DNA of 61,098 bases from Verrucomicrobiota bacterium (GTDB lineage: Bacteria > Verrucomicrobiota > Verrucomicrobiia > Limisphaerales > UBA1096), in NCBI GenBank assembly GCA_014382705.1, contig JACNJE010000110.1, forward strand, positions 1-61,098, in the 5' to 3' direction. The position numbers and the translations under genes were made by a program. Positions within the stretch are counted from its first letter, which is position 1, and every line of letters begins with the position of its first letter. This document shows positions 16,692 to 26,430 of the stretch, in pieces. A model generated the notes under the pieces. It made no database searches. It worked only from the letters and a program-made list of their open reading frames with translations, and was not told the DNA's origin.

Positions 16692-16999
16692 TCTTCCCTT
16701 AACGTGTCCATGGACTCCAAGTCCACGGTTTTGAAATGCCGGTAAACCGCAATCACCAACGCCAGGCCGACGGCCACCTCAGCAGCAGCCACGGCGATCG
16801 CGAACAGCGTGAACAACGGCCCGTGCAGCAGCGCGGGGTTTTCGCTGTAGCGCCAAAAGGCGATGAAGTTGAGGTTGGCGGCGTTGAGCATAATCTCGAC
16901 GGAAAACAGCACGACGATGGCGTTGCGGCGCGTAAACACACCTATCAACCCAACGCAAAAAAGCACCGCCGCCAAAATGAGGTAATGGTGCAGGGTCAT
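16688..16999 (-). CDS. nuoK: NADH-quinone oxidoreductase subunit K
   Basis: [32 protein letters not shown] 16999 overlaps the nuoJ stop. Confidence 0.93.
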   Translation of the reverse strand: MTLHHYLILAAVLFCVGLIGVFTRRNAIVVLFSVEIMLNAANLNFIAFWRYSENPALLHGPLFTLFAIAVAAAEVAVGLALVIAVYRHFKTVDLESMDTLREE

Positions 17000-17517
17000 T
17001 CCGGTGAATCCTCCTCTTTTGGCATGCGAACGCCCTGTGCTGCGGTGACTGCACCGATGAGCGCCGCGGTGAGCAGCAACGCCAGCACCTCCAGTGTCAC
17101 CACGTAAGGGTGCATCAATTTCTCCCCCAGTTCTTTCACCGAAGGCTCGATCGCTCGCGCGTGCTCCGGCGACGGGAATTGCTGAATGGGTGGCAGCAAT
17201 AAAACAACAAAAACGGCAACGGCGGCGACGAGCCCCCAAAACCATCCGCGCGAAGTCATCCGCCGGCCGTCGTCGCCGGCCACCCGCTCGGTGAGCATGA
17301 TCGCGAACAGCAGCAGAATCCCCACCGCGCCGATATACACGAGGATTTGCGCTGCCGCGATGAACTCTGCCAGCAGCAGCAGGAACAAGCCCGCCAGCCC
17401 CGCGAAAAAAACCATCAGCGCGAACACGCCATGAATGAGGTTGCGTTTACGCACCGCGACCAGCGCGCCAAGCACGGCGATGGCGGACAACATCCAAAAT
17501 GCGATTTCCTCGTTCAT
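16996..17517 (-). CDS. nuoJ: NADH-quinone oxidoreductase subunit J
   Basis: AEFIAAAQILVYIGAVGIL, YVVTLEV; position in the operon. Confidence 0.92.
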   Translation of the reverse strand: MNEEIAFWMLSAIAVLGALVAVRKRNLIHGVFALMVFFAGLAGLFLLLLAEFIAAAQILVYIGAVGILLLFAIMLTERVAGDDGRRMTSRGWFWGLVAAVAVFVVLLLPPIQQFPSPEHARAIEPSVKELGEKLMHPYVVTLEVLALLLTAALIGAVTAAQGVRMPKEEDSPE

Positions 17518-18674
17518 TCAGCGTACTTGTAGTCGCGCGGGCGTACATTCGGGCGGTTCAGTTGATTCAGCCCCTTAGCGGCCATGTACAAAATCCCGAG
17601 ACTCACCACCCACACGGCAACCTTGGAGACAATGTTTTCTTGTGGGATGAAATGTGCAAAGCCCGCGACGAGGATATTCAAAATGGAAAGCGGCAGCAGG
17701 AATTTCCACGCAAAGCCCATGAGTTGATCGACACGGAGGCGGGGCAGGGTACCGCGCAGCCAGATCATAACGGCGATGAGGGCAAAAATTTTCGCGATGA
17801 ACCACATGGCCGACAGCCACGGCAGGGTGGCTATGCCGGGGCCTGCGCCACCGCCGAGGAAGAGGGTGACCGCCAGGCCGCTGATGGCGAACATGGCGAT
17901 GTATTCGCCGAGGAAAAAGAGTGCGAACTTGAAGCCGCTGTACTCGGTGAAGTAGCCGGCGATGATTTCGCTCTCGGCCTCAGGGAGGTCGAACGGCGAG
18001 CGGTTGGTTTCCGCGAGGGAGGCGATAAAAAAAATGACAAATGCCGCGAGACCCCACGGGGTGAACACAAACCAATTCCAGCCGGCTTGTGCATTGGCGA
18101 TTTCGGCTGCGTTAAGGCTGCCGACCATCATCACCACGACGACGGCGGACAAGACCAGCGGGATTTCGTAGCTGACCATCTGCGCGATGGCGCGCATGCC
18201 GCCGAGCAGCGAGTATTTGTTGCGCGACGCCCAGCCGGCCATGAAGATGGCGAGCGTGTTGAGGCCGGTGATGGCGAAAAAGAAAATGACCGCGCCATCG
18301 AGCAGAAACGCCTGAACGGGCAGAAGGGACTCTGTCCATGGGAACTCGATCGGCAGAAAGCACAGCACGAGCATCGCGGGGATGAGCGCGAGGATTGGGG
18401 CGAGCAGGTGGAACAGGCGGTCGGCATCGCGCGGGACGATGTTTTCCTTGAAGAGCATCTTGATGCCATCCGCCAGCGGCTGGCCCAGGCCAAAGAGGCT
18501 AAAGCGGCCGCCGTAGCGCGTGAGGGGAACGCCCACCTTGTTTGGGCCGATCCGGTTCTGGATGCGTGCGAGAGCCTTGCGCTCCAGCCAGGTGGTGAAG
18601 GCAAAGAGCGTTGGAAAAATTACCATCAACGGCACGGTGGCGATGAGGATATCGCGGACAAGGTCGGGGCTCAT
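17514..18674 (-). CDS. nuoH: NADH-quinone oxidoreductase subunit H
   Basis: ERKALARIQNRIGPN, QPLADGIK, AQMVSYE, ETNRSPFDLPEAESE. Confidence 0.95.
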   Translation of the reverse strand: MSPDLVRDILIATVPLMVIFPTLFAFTTWLERKALARIQNRIGPNKVGVPLTRYGGRFSLFGLGQPLADGIKMLFKENIVPRDADRLFHLLAPILALIPAMLVLCFLPIEFPWTESLLPVQAFLLDGAVIFFFAITGLNTLAIFMAGWASRNKYSLLGGMRAIAQMVSYEIPLVLSAVVVVMMVGSLNAAEIANAQAGWNWFVFTPWGLAAFVIFFIASLAETNRSPFDLPEAESEIIAGYFTEYSGFKFALFFLGEYIAMFAISGLAVTLFLGGGAGPGIATLPWLSAMWFIAKIFALIAVMIWLRGTLPRLRVDQLMGFAWKFLLPLSILNILVAGFAHFIPQENIVSKVAVWVVSLGILYMAAKGLNQLNRPNVRPRDYKYAE

Positions 18675-19372
18675 TGGGTATCCTCCTGTTTTTTGTCATC
18701 GGCCTCGGCCTCGGCTTTTGCTTTTTCCTCGGCCTTTTTCCTGGCGGCCTCGGCGGCGGCTTTTTTCTTGGCCTCCTTGGCGGCTTTCTCCTCGGCCATG
18801 CGCCGATCCCGCGCGGCCGCCTCCTCGGGATGGATCTTGTGATAGTAGCCGTTGCTCTTCAGCAAATCGTCACGGCGCAGCAACAGGCCGCCGAAGCGGT
18901 TGGACGTGCTCAGCTCGAACTGGCTGTTCATCACGATGGCGTCGAACGGGCACACCTCCACGCAGATTTGGCAGCTCATGCAGACCGACACGTCGATGTC
19001 AAATTTGGCTGGGTAAAACTGGGCCTTGTTCCCGCCGCGTTCCATTTTCTCCGTGCTCTTCTCGATGTAAATACACTGGGGCGGACATTCGCGCTCGCAG
19101 ATCTGGCAGGCGACACACCGGATGGTGTCCATCGCTTCACCCTCGTCATGCAGCAGCATCGGAAAGTTGCGGCTGTACTGGCTCACCGTGGTGGTGTCTC
19201 GAAGCTGTTCGCCTTCCTCCTTCGGGTATTCCCCCGCGTGTTGGGGGAGGGAGTCGCCGGCGCGCCATGCATAATCATTCGTGGTGAGACGGTCCCGGTC
19301 AAAATAGGAACCCACGAAATTCCGCAGCGTCACCGCCATGCCCTTCAAAATGCCACCGCCGAGCAGGCTCAT
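18671..19372 (-). CDS. nuoI: NADH-quinone oxidoreductase subunit I with charged C-terminal tail
   Basis: Two CxxCxxCxxxCP motifs ([24 protein letters not shown]). ATG 19372 overlaps the nuoD stop. Confidence 0.9.
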   Translation of the reverse strand: MSLLGGGILKGMAVTLRNFVGSYFDRDRLTTNDYAWRAGDSLPQHAGEYPKEEGEQLRDTTTVSQYSRNFPMLLHDEGEAMDTIRCVACQICERECPPQCIYIEKSTEKMERGGNKAQFYPAKFDIDVSVCMSCQICVEVCPFDAIVMNSQFELSTSNRFGGLLLRRDDLLKSNGYYHKIHPEEAAARDRRMAEEKAAKEAKKKAAAEAARKKAEEKAKAEAEADDKKQEDTQ

Positions 19373-20526
19373 CGGTCCACCTCCCCCAGCACGATGTCGA
19401 TGCTCCCGAGAATGATGACGGCATCGGCCACCTTTTGGCCGAGGCACATGTCGCGCAGCACAGTCAGATTAATGAGTGACGGCGGACGCACCCGATACCG
19501 GTACGGTTTCGGCGTGCCATCGGCGATCAGATAAAATCCAAGCTCCCCCTTCGGCGCCTCGACACGCCCGTAAACCTCCGCTGGTTTCGGCTTGAAGACC
19601 TTGGGGGCGTTTCCCAGCACGGGGCCGTGTTCAATCCCGTCCAAGGCCTGCTTGAGTATGCCGATGCTTTCCCGCATCTCCAGCATCCGCACTATGAACC
19701 GATCGTAACAGTCGCCCACATCGCCGTCCGAGTACGGCACGCGAAACTGGAACCGATCATAGATGCCGTACCGATCCACCTTCCGAAGGTCGTAGCGCTC
19801 GCCGCTGGCGCGGAGCATCGGGCCGGTGATGCCGGCGCTGATGGCCAAGTCGCGGGAGAGATTGCCCACGCCCTGTGTGCGGCTGAGGATGATTTCGTTT
19901 TCGCAAAGCAACTTCTCGTACTCGTCGAGAAAAACCGGGAAGCGGTCGACCACCTCCCGGGCACGGTCGAGCCACCCTTCGGGTACATCGTTGCGGAGGC
20001 CGCCGAAGCGGAAATAATTGCACATCATCCGCGCGCCGCTGGCTTGCTCGAACAGGTCCAGAATTTTTTCACGCTCGCGAAAGGCATACAGCAGCGGGGT
20101 GCCCAGCGCGCCGAGGTCGTTCACAAAAAAACCGACGAGCGAGAGGTGGTTCACCAGTCGCGTCAACTCCGCCATGATCACGCGCAAATACTCGGCGCGC
20201 TCCGGGACTTCAATTTCCACCAACTTTTCCGCGGCGAGCGCGTAGGCCCAGTTGTTGGTCATGCTGTTGAAGTAGTCGAGCCGGTCGGTGAACGGCATGC
20301 TGCCGAGGTAGCTCATGTTCTCGGCGAGCTTTTCGTGGTTGCGGTGCAGGTAGCCAAACACCGGCGAAAGATCCACAACCGTTTCGCCGTCGAGTTTCAC
20401 ATCCATCCGGAACACGCCGTGTGTGCTGGGATGATGCGGCCCCATCGAGACTTCCAGCAGGCCGGTGTCCAGTCCGTCCTGCTGGATCAATTCGTAGTTG
20501 GGTGCTGTCGCTGTGGCGCTGCTCAA
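19369..20526 (-). CDS. nuoD: NADH-quinone oxidoreductase subunit D
   Basis: [41 protein letters not shown]; no NiFe CxxC motifs. Probable TTG start at 20526 overlapping the nuoC stop. Confidence 0.93.
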   Translation of the reverse strand: MSSATATAPNYELIQQDGLDTGLLEVSMGPHHPSTHGVFRMDVKLDGETVVDLSPVFGYLHRNHEKLAENMSYLGSMPFTDRLDYFNSMTNNWAYALAAEKLVEIEVPERAEYLRVIMAELTRLVNHLSLVGFFVNDLGALGTPLLYAFREREKILDLFEQASGARMMCNYFRFGGLRNDVPEGWLDRAREVVDRFPVFLDEYEKLLCENEIILSRTQGVGNLSRDLAISAGITGPMLRASGERYDLRKVDRYGIYDRFQFRVPYSDGDVGDCYDRFIVRMLEMRESIGILKQALDGIEHGPVLGNAPKVFKPKPAEVYGRVEAPKGELGFYLIADGTPKPYRYRVRPPSLINLTVLRDMCLGQKVADAVIILGSIDIVLGEVDR

Positions 20527-21086
20527 ACGATCACTTTCCCCCTCTGGTGCTTGTCCAGGATTTCGTCGTGCGGCGTCGGTTCCCACTCGTAGTCGAACGG
20601 CTCGGTGTAATCCTTCCGCATCGGGTGCCCCTCGAACTCGTCCCACATCAAGATGCGGCGCTGATCCGGATGCCCGGTGAAATCGACGCCAAACAGGTCG
20701 TACACCTCCCGTTCCTGCAGTTCGCAACTCCGCCACACCGGCGTGAGCGACTGTACCTGTGGGTGTTCACGACCGGTGCGTTGTTTCAGCACCAGCGGGC
20801 CGGTTTGTTTCCGCATGGAATAAAGGTGATACACGACGTCCATCCGGCCCGGTTCGGTTCGGGTCACGGTTTCCACCTTGCCATCCTCCCCGGTGACCTT
20901 CTCTTTCACCTCGCGCTCGAGGTAATCCACGCCGGTCACGTTGCTGCAATAATCGACCCCTTGGCCAAGCAGCCACTCGGCAAGCGCGCGCGCTTGGCCA
21001 AGCGGTGCAATGATCGCGCCGGCGGCCTCGTCCCATTCCGCTTCGGGGAACTGCTGCAACACGGGTTCGTGAGAACGTTCGCTCAC
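20523..21086 (-). CDS. nuoC: NADH-quinone oxidoreductase subunit C
   Basis: [22 protein letters not shown]...GHPMRKDY. Probable GTG start at 21086 (GTGA overlap). Confidence 0.92.
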   Translation of the reverse strand: MSERSHEPVLQQFPEAEWDEAAGAIIAPLGQARALAEWLLGQGVDYCSNVTGVDYLEREVKEKVTGEDGKVETVTRTEPGRMDVVYHLYSMRKQTGPLVLKQRTGREHPQVQSLTPVWRSCELQEREVYDLFGVDFTGHPDQRRILMWDEFEGHPMRKDYTEPFDYEWEPTPHDEILDKHQRGKVIV

Positions 21087-21739
21087 GCCGTGGCTTCCTC
21101 CAGCGGTTGGGCGTTGGGATTGGCCGGGGGCTGCCATACCTCCGGGTTGTAGGGCGGCTCAAGGTCGGTTCCCGTGAATTCCGGCACCGGGTATTGTCGT
21201 CGCCCTGCCGTGAAGGCCGGATCCGACTGGATGTCCTGCGTGCGGATTTTCTCCTGCAAATAGTTCAGCGACTGCAGCACCGCCTCCGGCCGGGGGGGGC
21301 AGCCCGGCAGGTAAACGTCCACCGGGATGTAGCGGTCGATGCCCTTGAGCACGTTGTAGCCCTGCTTGAACGGCCCGCCGGAGATCGCGCAGGCGCCCAT
21401 CGCGATCACCCATTTCGGCTCCGGCATCTGGTTGTAAATCCGGACTACTTGCGGCGCCATTTTCTTGGTGACCGTGCCGGAGACGATCATCAGGTCGGCC
21501 TGGCGCGGGGTGGGGCGGAACACTTCCGACCCGAAGCGCGAGATGTCAAAACGGGATGTGGCCGACGCAATCATCTCGATTGCGCAACAGGCCAGACCGA
21601 AGGTCAGCGGCCAGACCGAGCCGCCGCGCGCCCAGTTGTAGAGGGTGTCGACCTTCGACACGATCACCCCGGCGCGCTCCAGTTCCGCGCGGGTCGTGTC
21701 GTCGAGATCGATGCCGGGGGATGTGTTTGGGGTTGTCAT
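21083..21739 (-). CDS. nuoB: NADH-quinone oxidoreductase subunit B
   Basis: [37 protein letters not shown] 21739 overlaps the nuoA stop. Confidence 0.95.
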   Translation of the reverse strand: MTTPNTSPGIDLDDTTRAELERAGVIVSKVDTLYNWARGGSVWPLTFGLACCAIEMIASATSRFDISRFGSEVFRPTPRQADLMIVSGTVTKKMAPQVVRIYNQMPEPKWVIAMGACAISGGPFKQGYNVLKGIDRYIPVDVYLPGCPPRPEAVLQSLNYLQEKIRTQDIQSDPAFTAGRRQYPVPEFTGTDLEPPYNPEVWQPPANPNAQPLEEATA

Positions 21740-22155
21740 TTCCACGTCAGCACGCCCTTGATCCAGAGATAAATCAAACTTTCAGCCAAGAGCAGAATGA
21801 ACACCCCCATGGCCAGGAACGCCCCGAACGACAGATCCGTGAAGGCCACCGCCCACGGGTAGAGGAACACCACCTCGATGTCGAAGATCACGAACGCCAG
21901 CGCGTACAGGTAGTACTGCACCTTGAACTGCACCCACGGGTCGCCCTTCGACTCCAGCCCGCACTCGAAGGCCGACTCCTTGATTTCCCCCGGTTTTTTC
22001 GGCGCAAGAATGGCCGAGAGCACCAACGGCGCACAGGCGAATCCCACCGCCAGCACCACCAGCAGCGCCACCAGCAGGGAGCCGGCACACGGTCCAGCGG
22101 CCGCACCGACCCGCCGCAAGACGTCGTTCACGCTCGAAAGCAACTCAGGCTGCAT
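21736..22155 (-). CDS. nuoA: NADH-quinone oxidoreductase subunit A
   Basis: [32 protein letters not shown]. Confidence 0.94.
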   Translation of the reverse strand: MQPELLSSVNDVLRRVGAAAGPCAGSLLVALLVVLAVGFACAPLVLSAILAPKKPGEIKESAFECGLESKGDPWVQFKVQYYLYALAFVIFDIEVVFLYPWAVAFTDLSFGAFLAMGVFILLLAESLIYLWIKGVLTWK

Positions 22156-22322
22156 GATGCTCCTCGTCGATCCAGTCTCCCCCCTCCCGGCTTGGCTAAG
22201 ATCGTTCGCCTCTTGTTGGGCGCAGATAATTCGGTTTCAATGGCGGAAGTCAAGACTCTCTTTGGCGAGGTGGGAGGATTCGCTTGGCCAGGCGCTTGGC
22301 CAGGCGGCGTCCACCCGGGCGG

Positions 22323-23357
22323 TCACTCCGGCGCTTGGCCAAGCGCCGGCGCAAGAACCACGCGAAAGCCGGCCAGCACCCAGCGGTAGCCCGGTGCCTG
22401 CGGTTCGGCCCGGCATGCGGAGCGCAGGATGTAGTTCGGGCAGTAATACGCGCCACCGCGCAGTACCTTGAGAGTTGTATTCGAGGTTAGCTCCCGTCCT
22501 CCCGGGTAAGGTTTATACGTGTCGAGACACCACTCGAACAGGTTGCCGTGAATGTCGTACAGTCCCCACGGGTTGGGGGTCAGTTGACCGACTGGATCCG
22601 GGAAGCCGCCGCTGTTACCGGCCCACCAGCCATGCTGACTGAGATCCCCGATGTAATCGCCGTAACTATATGCCGTCTCGGTTCCGGCGCGGCAGGCGTA
22701 TTCCCACTCTGCCTCGGTTGGCAGGCGGTACACAAAGCCAAGCGGCAACGTGCCACTCTGTTGTTCAGCTTCTGTCAGTCGATCACAATAGTCGTTGGCC
22801 TCTTGCCAGGTGATCCGGTTCACCGGCAGGTTGGCTGTGTGAGAAGTGCTGCTCGGGTTGGATTGCATTAGTTTTTCGAACTGCTCCTGTGTCACCTCGT
22901 GTCGATCCATCCAGAACCCGTGCGGGATGGTCACCTCGTGCACCGGGCCTTCGTCCGGGTAACGCCCCGGCTCGTCCTCCGGGCTGCCCATATTGAATAC
23001 CCCCGGCGGAATCCAGATCATGTTCGGCGGCACGTCGATGTCCTGCCACGACAGACGGTAGAATGCCGAGCCGGTGATTCCGGACTGGATGGGGAGGGCG
23101 GCTTTCGCCTGTTTTTGGACGGGGAACGCGTGCACCGCCGCCCAATCGCCGCCCTTGGCCAGTCCCCCGGCCGCCTTCCAGATCACGGACACGCCGCGCT
23201 TGGGCAGGTTTGCGGCGGAAAGTTTGAAGGCGTCGCCCGCCGTCGCAGGGTGCAACTCAACCGTGGGCTGCCCGGGCAATCCCGGTGCAGTCCAAGCCAA
23301 GCCAAGCCACAGGCACAGCCGTGCGCCTGCACGGTAAAGCATCGGGGAAAACCTCAC
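22323..23357 (-). CDS. Secreted formylglycine-generating enzyme (FGE/SUMF1) domain protein
   Basis: IPPGVFNMGS, RLPTEAEWEYACRAG, PNPWGLYDIHGNLFEW, GFRVV; signal-like N-terminus. Start is 23357 or 23342. Confidence 0.85.
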   Translation of the reverse strand: MRFSPMLYRAGARLCLWLGLAWTAPGLPGQPTVELHPATAGDAFKLSAANLPKRGVSVIWKAAGGLAKGGDWAAVHAFPVQKQAKAALPIQSGITGSAFYRLSWQDIDVPPNMIWIPPGVFNMGSPEDEPGRYPDEGPVHEVTIPHGFWMDRHEVTQEQFEKLMQSNPSSTSHTANLPVNRITWQEANDYCDRLTEAEQQSGTLPLGFVYRLPTEAEWEYACRAGTETAYSYGDYIGDLSQHGWWAGNSGGFPDPVGQLTPNPWGLYDIHGNLFEWCLDTYKPYPGGRELTSNTTLKVLRGGAYYCPNYILRSACRAEPQAPGYRWVLAGFRVVLAPALGQAPE

Positions 23358-23426
23358 GTTCGCCCCAATATACGTGAACCTTGGCAGATGGTTTCAATTT
23401 TTTTGCCTGAAAAAAATGTCGCTTCG

Positions 23427-23550
23427 AAAACGAAACCGGAGGGGCCAGGTTGAAGAAACCTGCAACCCCTCCGGGGATAGTTCAGAGAATATAATGTTAG
23501 ATAAGTGTAGATACCCACGACAGCGCTTACATTCACACGCCGTGTGAGAC
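23427..23550 (-). ncRNA. Candidate sRNA or terminated leader RNA (about 124 nt)
   Basis: Upstream TTGCAG-N16-TATGCT, 5' hairpin UCACAC-GGC-GUGUGA, AU-rich middle, and a strong CCGGAGGGG...CCCCUCCGG hairpin followed by UUUCGUUUU. Confidence 0.5.
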
Positions 23551-23557
23551 GGGCGGG

Positions 23558-23585
23558 AGCATACAGCACTTTCCCCGCCCTGCAA
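23558..23585 (-). promoter_or_regulatory. Sigma70-like promoter
   Basis: TTGCAG (23585-23580), N16, TATGCT (23563-23558). Confidence 0.55.
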
Positions 23586-23637
23586 GGACTTTTTTCACTG
23601 TGACCATTTTGTGACAAACAACCGGTTATGGCCCGGG

Positions 23638-24336
23638 TCAGAAATAGAGGTTGCCCATCATTTTCGGTCTATCGCGGAAGGTCGCGCCATGGATCCATTC
23701 CACGTGGCCATCGACAAATCCTTGGTTGGCCCCGTCCGGCTCGTCGCCCCGGTCGTTGTAATGGTTGACACCCCGCATCAGCAGGTTGGGATCGCCCGGC
23801 CGCCCCCACGAGCCTTGATGCCTCCGGTTCAGGTCGGCCCAGATGACCCTGTAATGTGGGTCATCCGTGGTCTTGAGCGCGAACACCGGTGTGCGTACCT
23901 GCTCCTGAAACAGTGACTTGTTATTGGAGTAGCGCTTCTCACCGGCAAAATAGAAGTAGCCCATCACCGAGTCGCGTCCGCCCGGCCAAGCCCAGAAATC
24001 GTCGCGGTTCCAGCTCCGGTTGGACGGGCAGTAGAACATCGGCCGCCGGATATGGTATTGGTTCGTCATCGTGTCGCGAAACCAGACTGAGTTCCAGTAC
24101 GGGTTGCCCGAGCCGCCGGGCGGGAACGTCCCGTCGTGGTCGCCGGCGTACATCGTCAGCGAGAGCAGCCATTGGTGGGTGTTGTTTTTGCAGGTGGTGC
24201 GGTGTGCCTGCTCCTTGGCCCGCGCCAGCGCCGGCAGCAGCAGGCTGGCGAGAATGGCGATGATGGCGATCACCACCAGCAACTCGATCAGGGTGAAGCC
24301 AACCCGGCGGCGGTTCTTTGGGTGAAACACGTTCAT
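23638..24336 (-). CDS. Prepilin-type N-terminal cleavage/methylation protein with H-X9-DG-like C-terminus
   Basis: [18 protein letters not shown]...ALARAK, FYCP, NH...[10 protein letters not shown]. Confidence 0.88.
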   Translation of the reverse strand: MNVFHPKNRRRVGFTLIELLVVIAIIAILASLLLPALARAKEQAHRTTCKNNTHQWLLSLTMYAGDHDGTFPPGGSGNPYWNSVWFRDTMTNQYHIRRPMFYCPSNRSWNRDDFWAWPGGRDSVMGYFYFAGEKRYSNNKSLFQEQVRTPVFALKTTDDPHYRVIWADLNRRHQGSWGRPGDPNLLMRGVNHYNDRGDEPDGANQGFVDGHVEWIHGATFRDRPKMMGNLYF

Positions 24337-24433
24337 TGGAACGGGACGCGCAGTCTGAAAACGGAACGATTTGATGGCAAGCCGTCAATCGAGCGACGGA
24401 ACGATGCTTCATCTGACCAACCGATGCGTGAAC

Positions 24434-24501
24434 GGGAGGGACGAGTTCCACCTCGTCCCAAATTCATTTTGAAATGGGGCAAGGTGGAACTTGCCCCTCC
24501 C
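24434..24501. repeat. REPIN-like inverted pair of GGAG-type REP hairpins
   Basis: GGGA-GGGACGAG-TTCCAC-CTCGTCCC-A and T-GGGGCAAG-GTGGAA-CTTGCCCC-TCCC; 27-bp arms with a 14-bp spacer. Confidence 0.8.
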
Positions 24502-24507
24502 GCGTGG

Positions 24508-26385
24508 TCACTCCCGCAGTCGCATGGGGCGATTGTTGCGGGATTGGATGAGTTGCTGCACTGGGTTGGTTTGTCGTTTGCCGTCGGGGCTCAGCAACAC
24601 GCCGGCGGGATTTGTCGGGGGTGATTTCCACTTGGCCAAGGCGGCCTCGCGCTTGGCCAAGCGGTTGGGCTCGTCGGCGACGAAGTCGTACTCGAACGCC
24701 CCAAAACCGGGCTGCTTCATCAGGGCTTTGTGCGCCATGTAGCGGACGGCGGAGTACGGGTCGTTGAGCAACTCGGCGAGCAGCGGCGACTGCCAGCCGC
24801 TGCCGCTGGCCTCGAGCGCCGGTGGCCAGCCCATGTGCCACGCCGCGAGCGCGCGCTGCCCGGCGTCGCCTTTGAGCAGCCACAGCACCGAGGCGGCGGT
24901 CGTGCGGTGTTCGGCGGGCACGGCCGGCTTGGCCCGGCCGTTGCGCTTGGCCAGCTGCTCGGCCGTCCAGTCGAGCGTCTTGTCGAGGTGGCACAGGTTG
25001 CAGGCGTTCGGCCGGCCGGTCGCGAGCGTGGCGGCGACATCGGGCGTCTCGATGGTGTGGCCGCGGATGGCCTTGAGCAGGCCGTACGACGTGTGCGGCA
25101 TGTGGCAATTGTAACAGTTGCTGCCGGCCGAGCCGGCGGCGTGGCGGGTGTGCGCGGTGAGGTTGGCGGCCATCTCGTCGTGGCACTGGAGGCAGGCCCG
25201 GTTGCCGCGCATCCCGCGGGCGAGCTGGTCGTTGGGATCGCTGTCGTGCATCGAGTGGCAACTGACGCACGACATTTTGCCGCGCTGATGGCAGGGCGAC
25301 TCGAGCAGGCCGTTGTACTCGCGGCCGGTCACGCGGATGTGGCCGTCCGGCCAGAAAAAGTCGCCGAGGATGTCCGGGTTTTTCTCGAGCACCGGTTTCA
25401 GCCACGGTTGCTCGTCCAACTTGGATGGTTGGATGATGGGGGTGGTTGCCGCCAGGTCATCGCCGGGACGGTAGCGGAAGCCGTGCGTGGTCCACTCCTC
25501 GCTTTGGTCGAACCACTTCATGCCGTGGCACGAGCCGCAAACCTGCGAGCTGCGGACCGGGTCGAGGTCGGCCGGCTGCACGATGGCCAACGGCTCGGCG
25601 TCGAGCGCCGCCTGGCGTTCGGTCTCGGGCAGCTTGGCCAAGCGTTGCTGCCGCTCGACGTGCCGCGTGCCCGGGCCGTGGCACGCCTCGCACGAGATGC
25701 CGAGGTCGGCCACGCGCGACGCGTAGCGCCGCTCCGCCTGGTTGGGCCGGGGCTGCGGGCCGGTGGTGTGGCAGCGGATGCAGGTCAGGTTCCAGTTCTC
25801 CTTGCTGAGAACCGTGTGCGGGTCGCGGATGAACAGGCTGTTGCGCGGCGCCCAGCGTTGGTCGTCGATGAGCCACGCGAACGGGAAGCCGATCTGCAGG
25901 TTGCCCATCATGCCGGGCAGCCAAAAGACCTGCATGTGGTGCGAACCGGTGACCATGCCGAGCCGCAGGTGCAACGCCTCGGGATCGCGGCCGTCGGACG
26001 CGGCGTTGGCCGCGTCAACGCTCTCGATGGTCGTCCAATATTCGTCGCCGCGACGGTGCATCGTGAAGCGCTCGCCCTGAAACTCGTGCGCTTGGCCGTC
26101 GAACGCCGCCCGGACCGTGTCGGGCGACATGAGCTGGGTCATGCTCCGGTGATACGAGGCGTGCCAGCTTTGGTGTTCATCGGCGTGGCAGTCGCGGCAG
26201 GCGGCCGAGCCGGCGTATTCGTTGTCGTCGCGGCTGAACGGCAGGGTGGCGGCGAAGGGGGGTTGCGCTTGGCCAAGCGCTTGGCCGCTCTGCCCGGGCG
26301 GTTCAGTGAGGTTGATGGCCAGCAGGACAACGGCGACAATCGACAACGCAACCAGCCATCGGAGGGTGGAGGGGTGTGGTTTCAT
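24508..26385 (-). CDS. Multiheme (8 x CxxCH) c-type cytochrome, membrane-anchored or exported
   Basis: CRDCH, CIRCH, CEACH, CGSCH, CVSCH, CLQCH, CYNCH, CNLCH. A hydrophobic segment follows ATG 26385; the ORF-track start lies inside a repeat. Confidence 0.88.
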   Translation of the reverse strand: MKPHPSTLRWLVALSIVAVVLLAINLTEPPGQSGQALGQAQPPFAATLPFSRDDNEYAGSAACRDCHADEHQSWHASYHRSMTQLMSPDTVRAAFDGQAHEFQGERFTMHRRGDEYWTTIESVDAANAASDGRDPEALHLRLGMVTGSHHMQVFWLPGMMGNLQIGFPFAWLIDDQRWAPRNSLFIRDPHTVLSKENWNLTCIRCHTTGPQPRPNQAERRYASRVADLGISCEACHGPGTRHVERQQRLAKLPETERQAALDAEPLAIVQPADLDPVRSSQVCGSCHGMKWFDQSEEWTTHGFRYRPGDDLAATTPIIQPSKLDEQPWLKPVLEKNPDILGDFFWPDGHIRVTGREYNGLLESPCHQRGKMSCVSCHSMHDSDPNDQLARGMRGNRACLQCHDEMAANLTAHTRHAAGSAGSNCYNCHMPHTSYGLLKAIRGHTIETPDVAATLATGRPNACNLCHLDKTLDWTAEQLAKRNGRAKPAVPAEHRTTAASVLWLLKGDAGQRALAAWHMGWPPALEASGSGWQSPLLAELLNDPYSAVRYMAHKALMKQPGFGAFEYDFVADEPNRLAKREAALAKWKSPPTNPAGVLLSPDGKRQTNPVQQLIQSRNNRPMRLRE

Positions 26386-26430
26386 GCCGACGCTTGTTTC
26401 GTGTGATCCATGGCGTCGTGGATTCTGTTG

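Noticed and set aside
10353-22155. Group 4 [NiFe] hydrogenase or Mrp antiporter interpretation
   Set aside because: NuoD lacks both Ni-binding CxxC motifs, NuoB has the tandem CC, and nuoA, H, J and K are all present.
23354-23617. 87-aa ORF with a Tyr-rich stretch as an attenuator leader peptide
   Set aside because: There is no stop before the terminator hairpin, the start lies upstream of the predicted promoter, and the downstream gene is not an amino-acid pathway gene.
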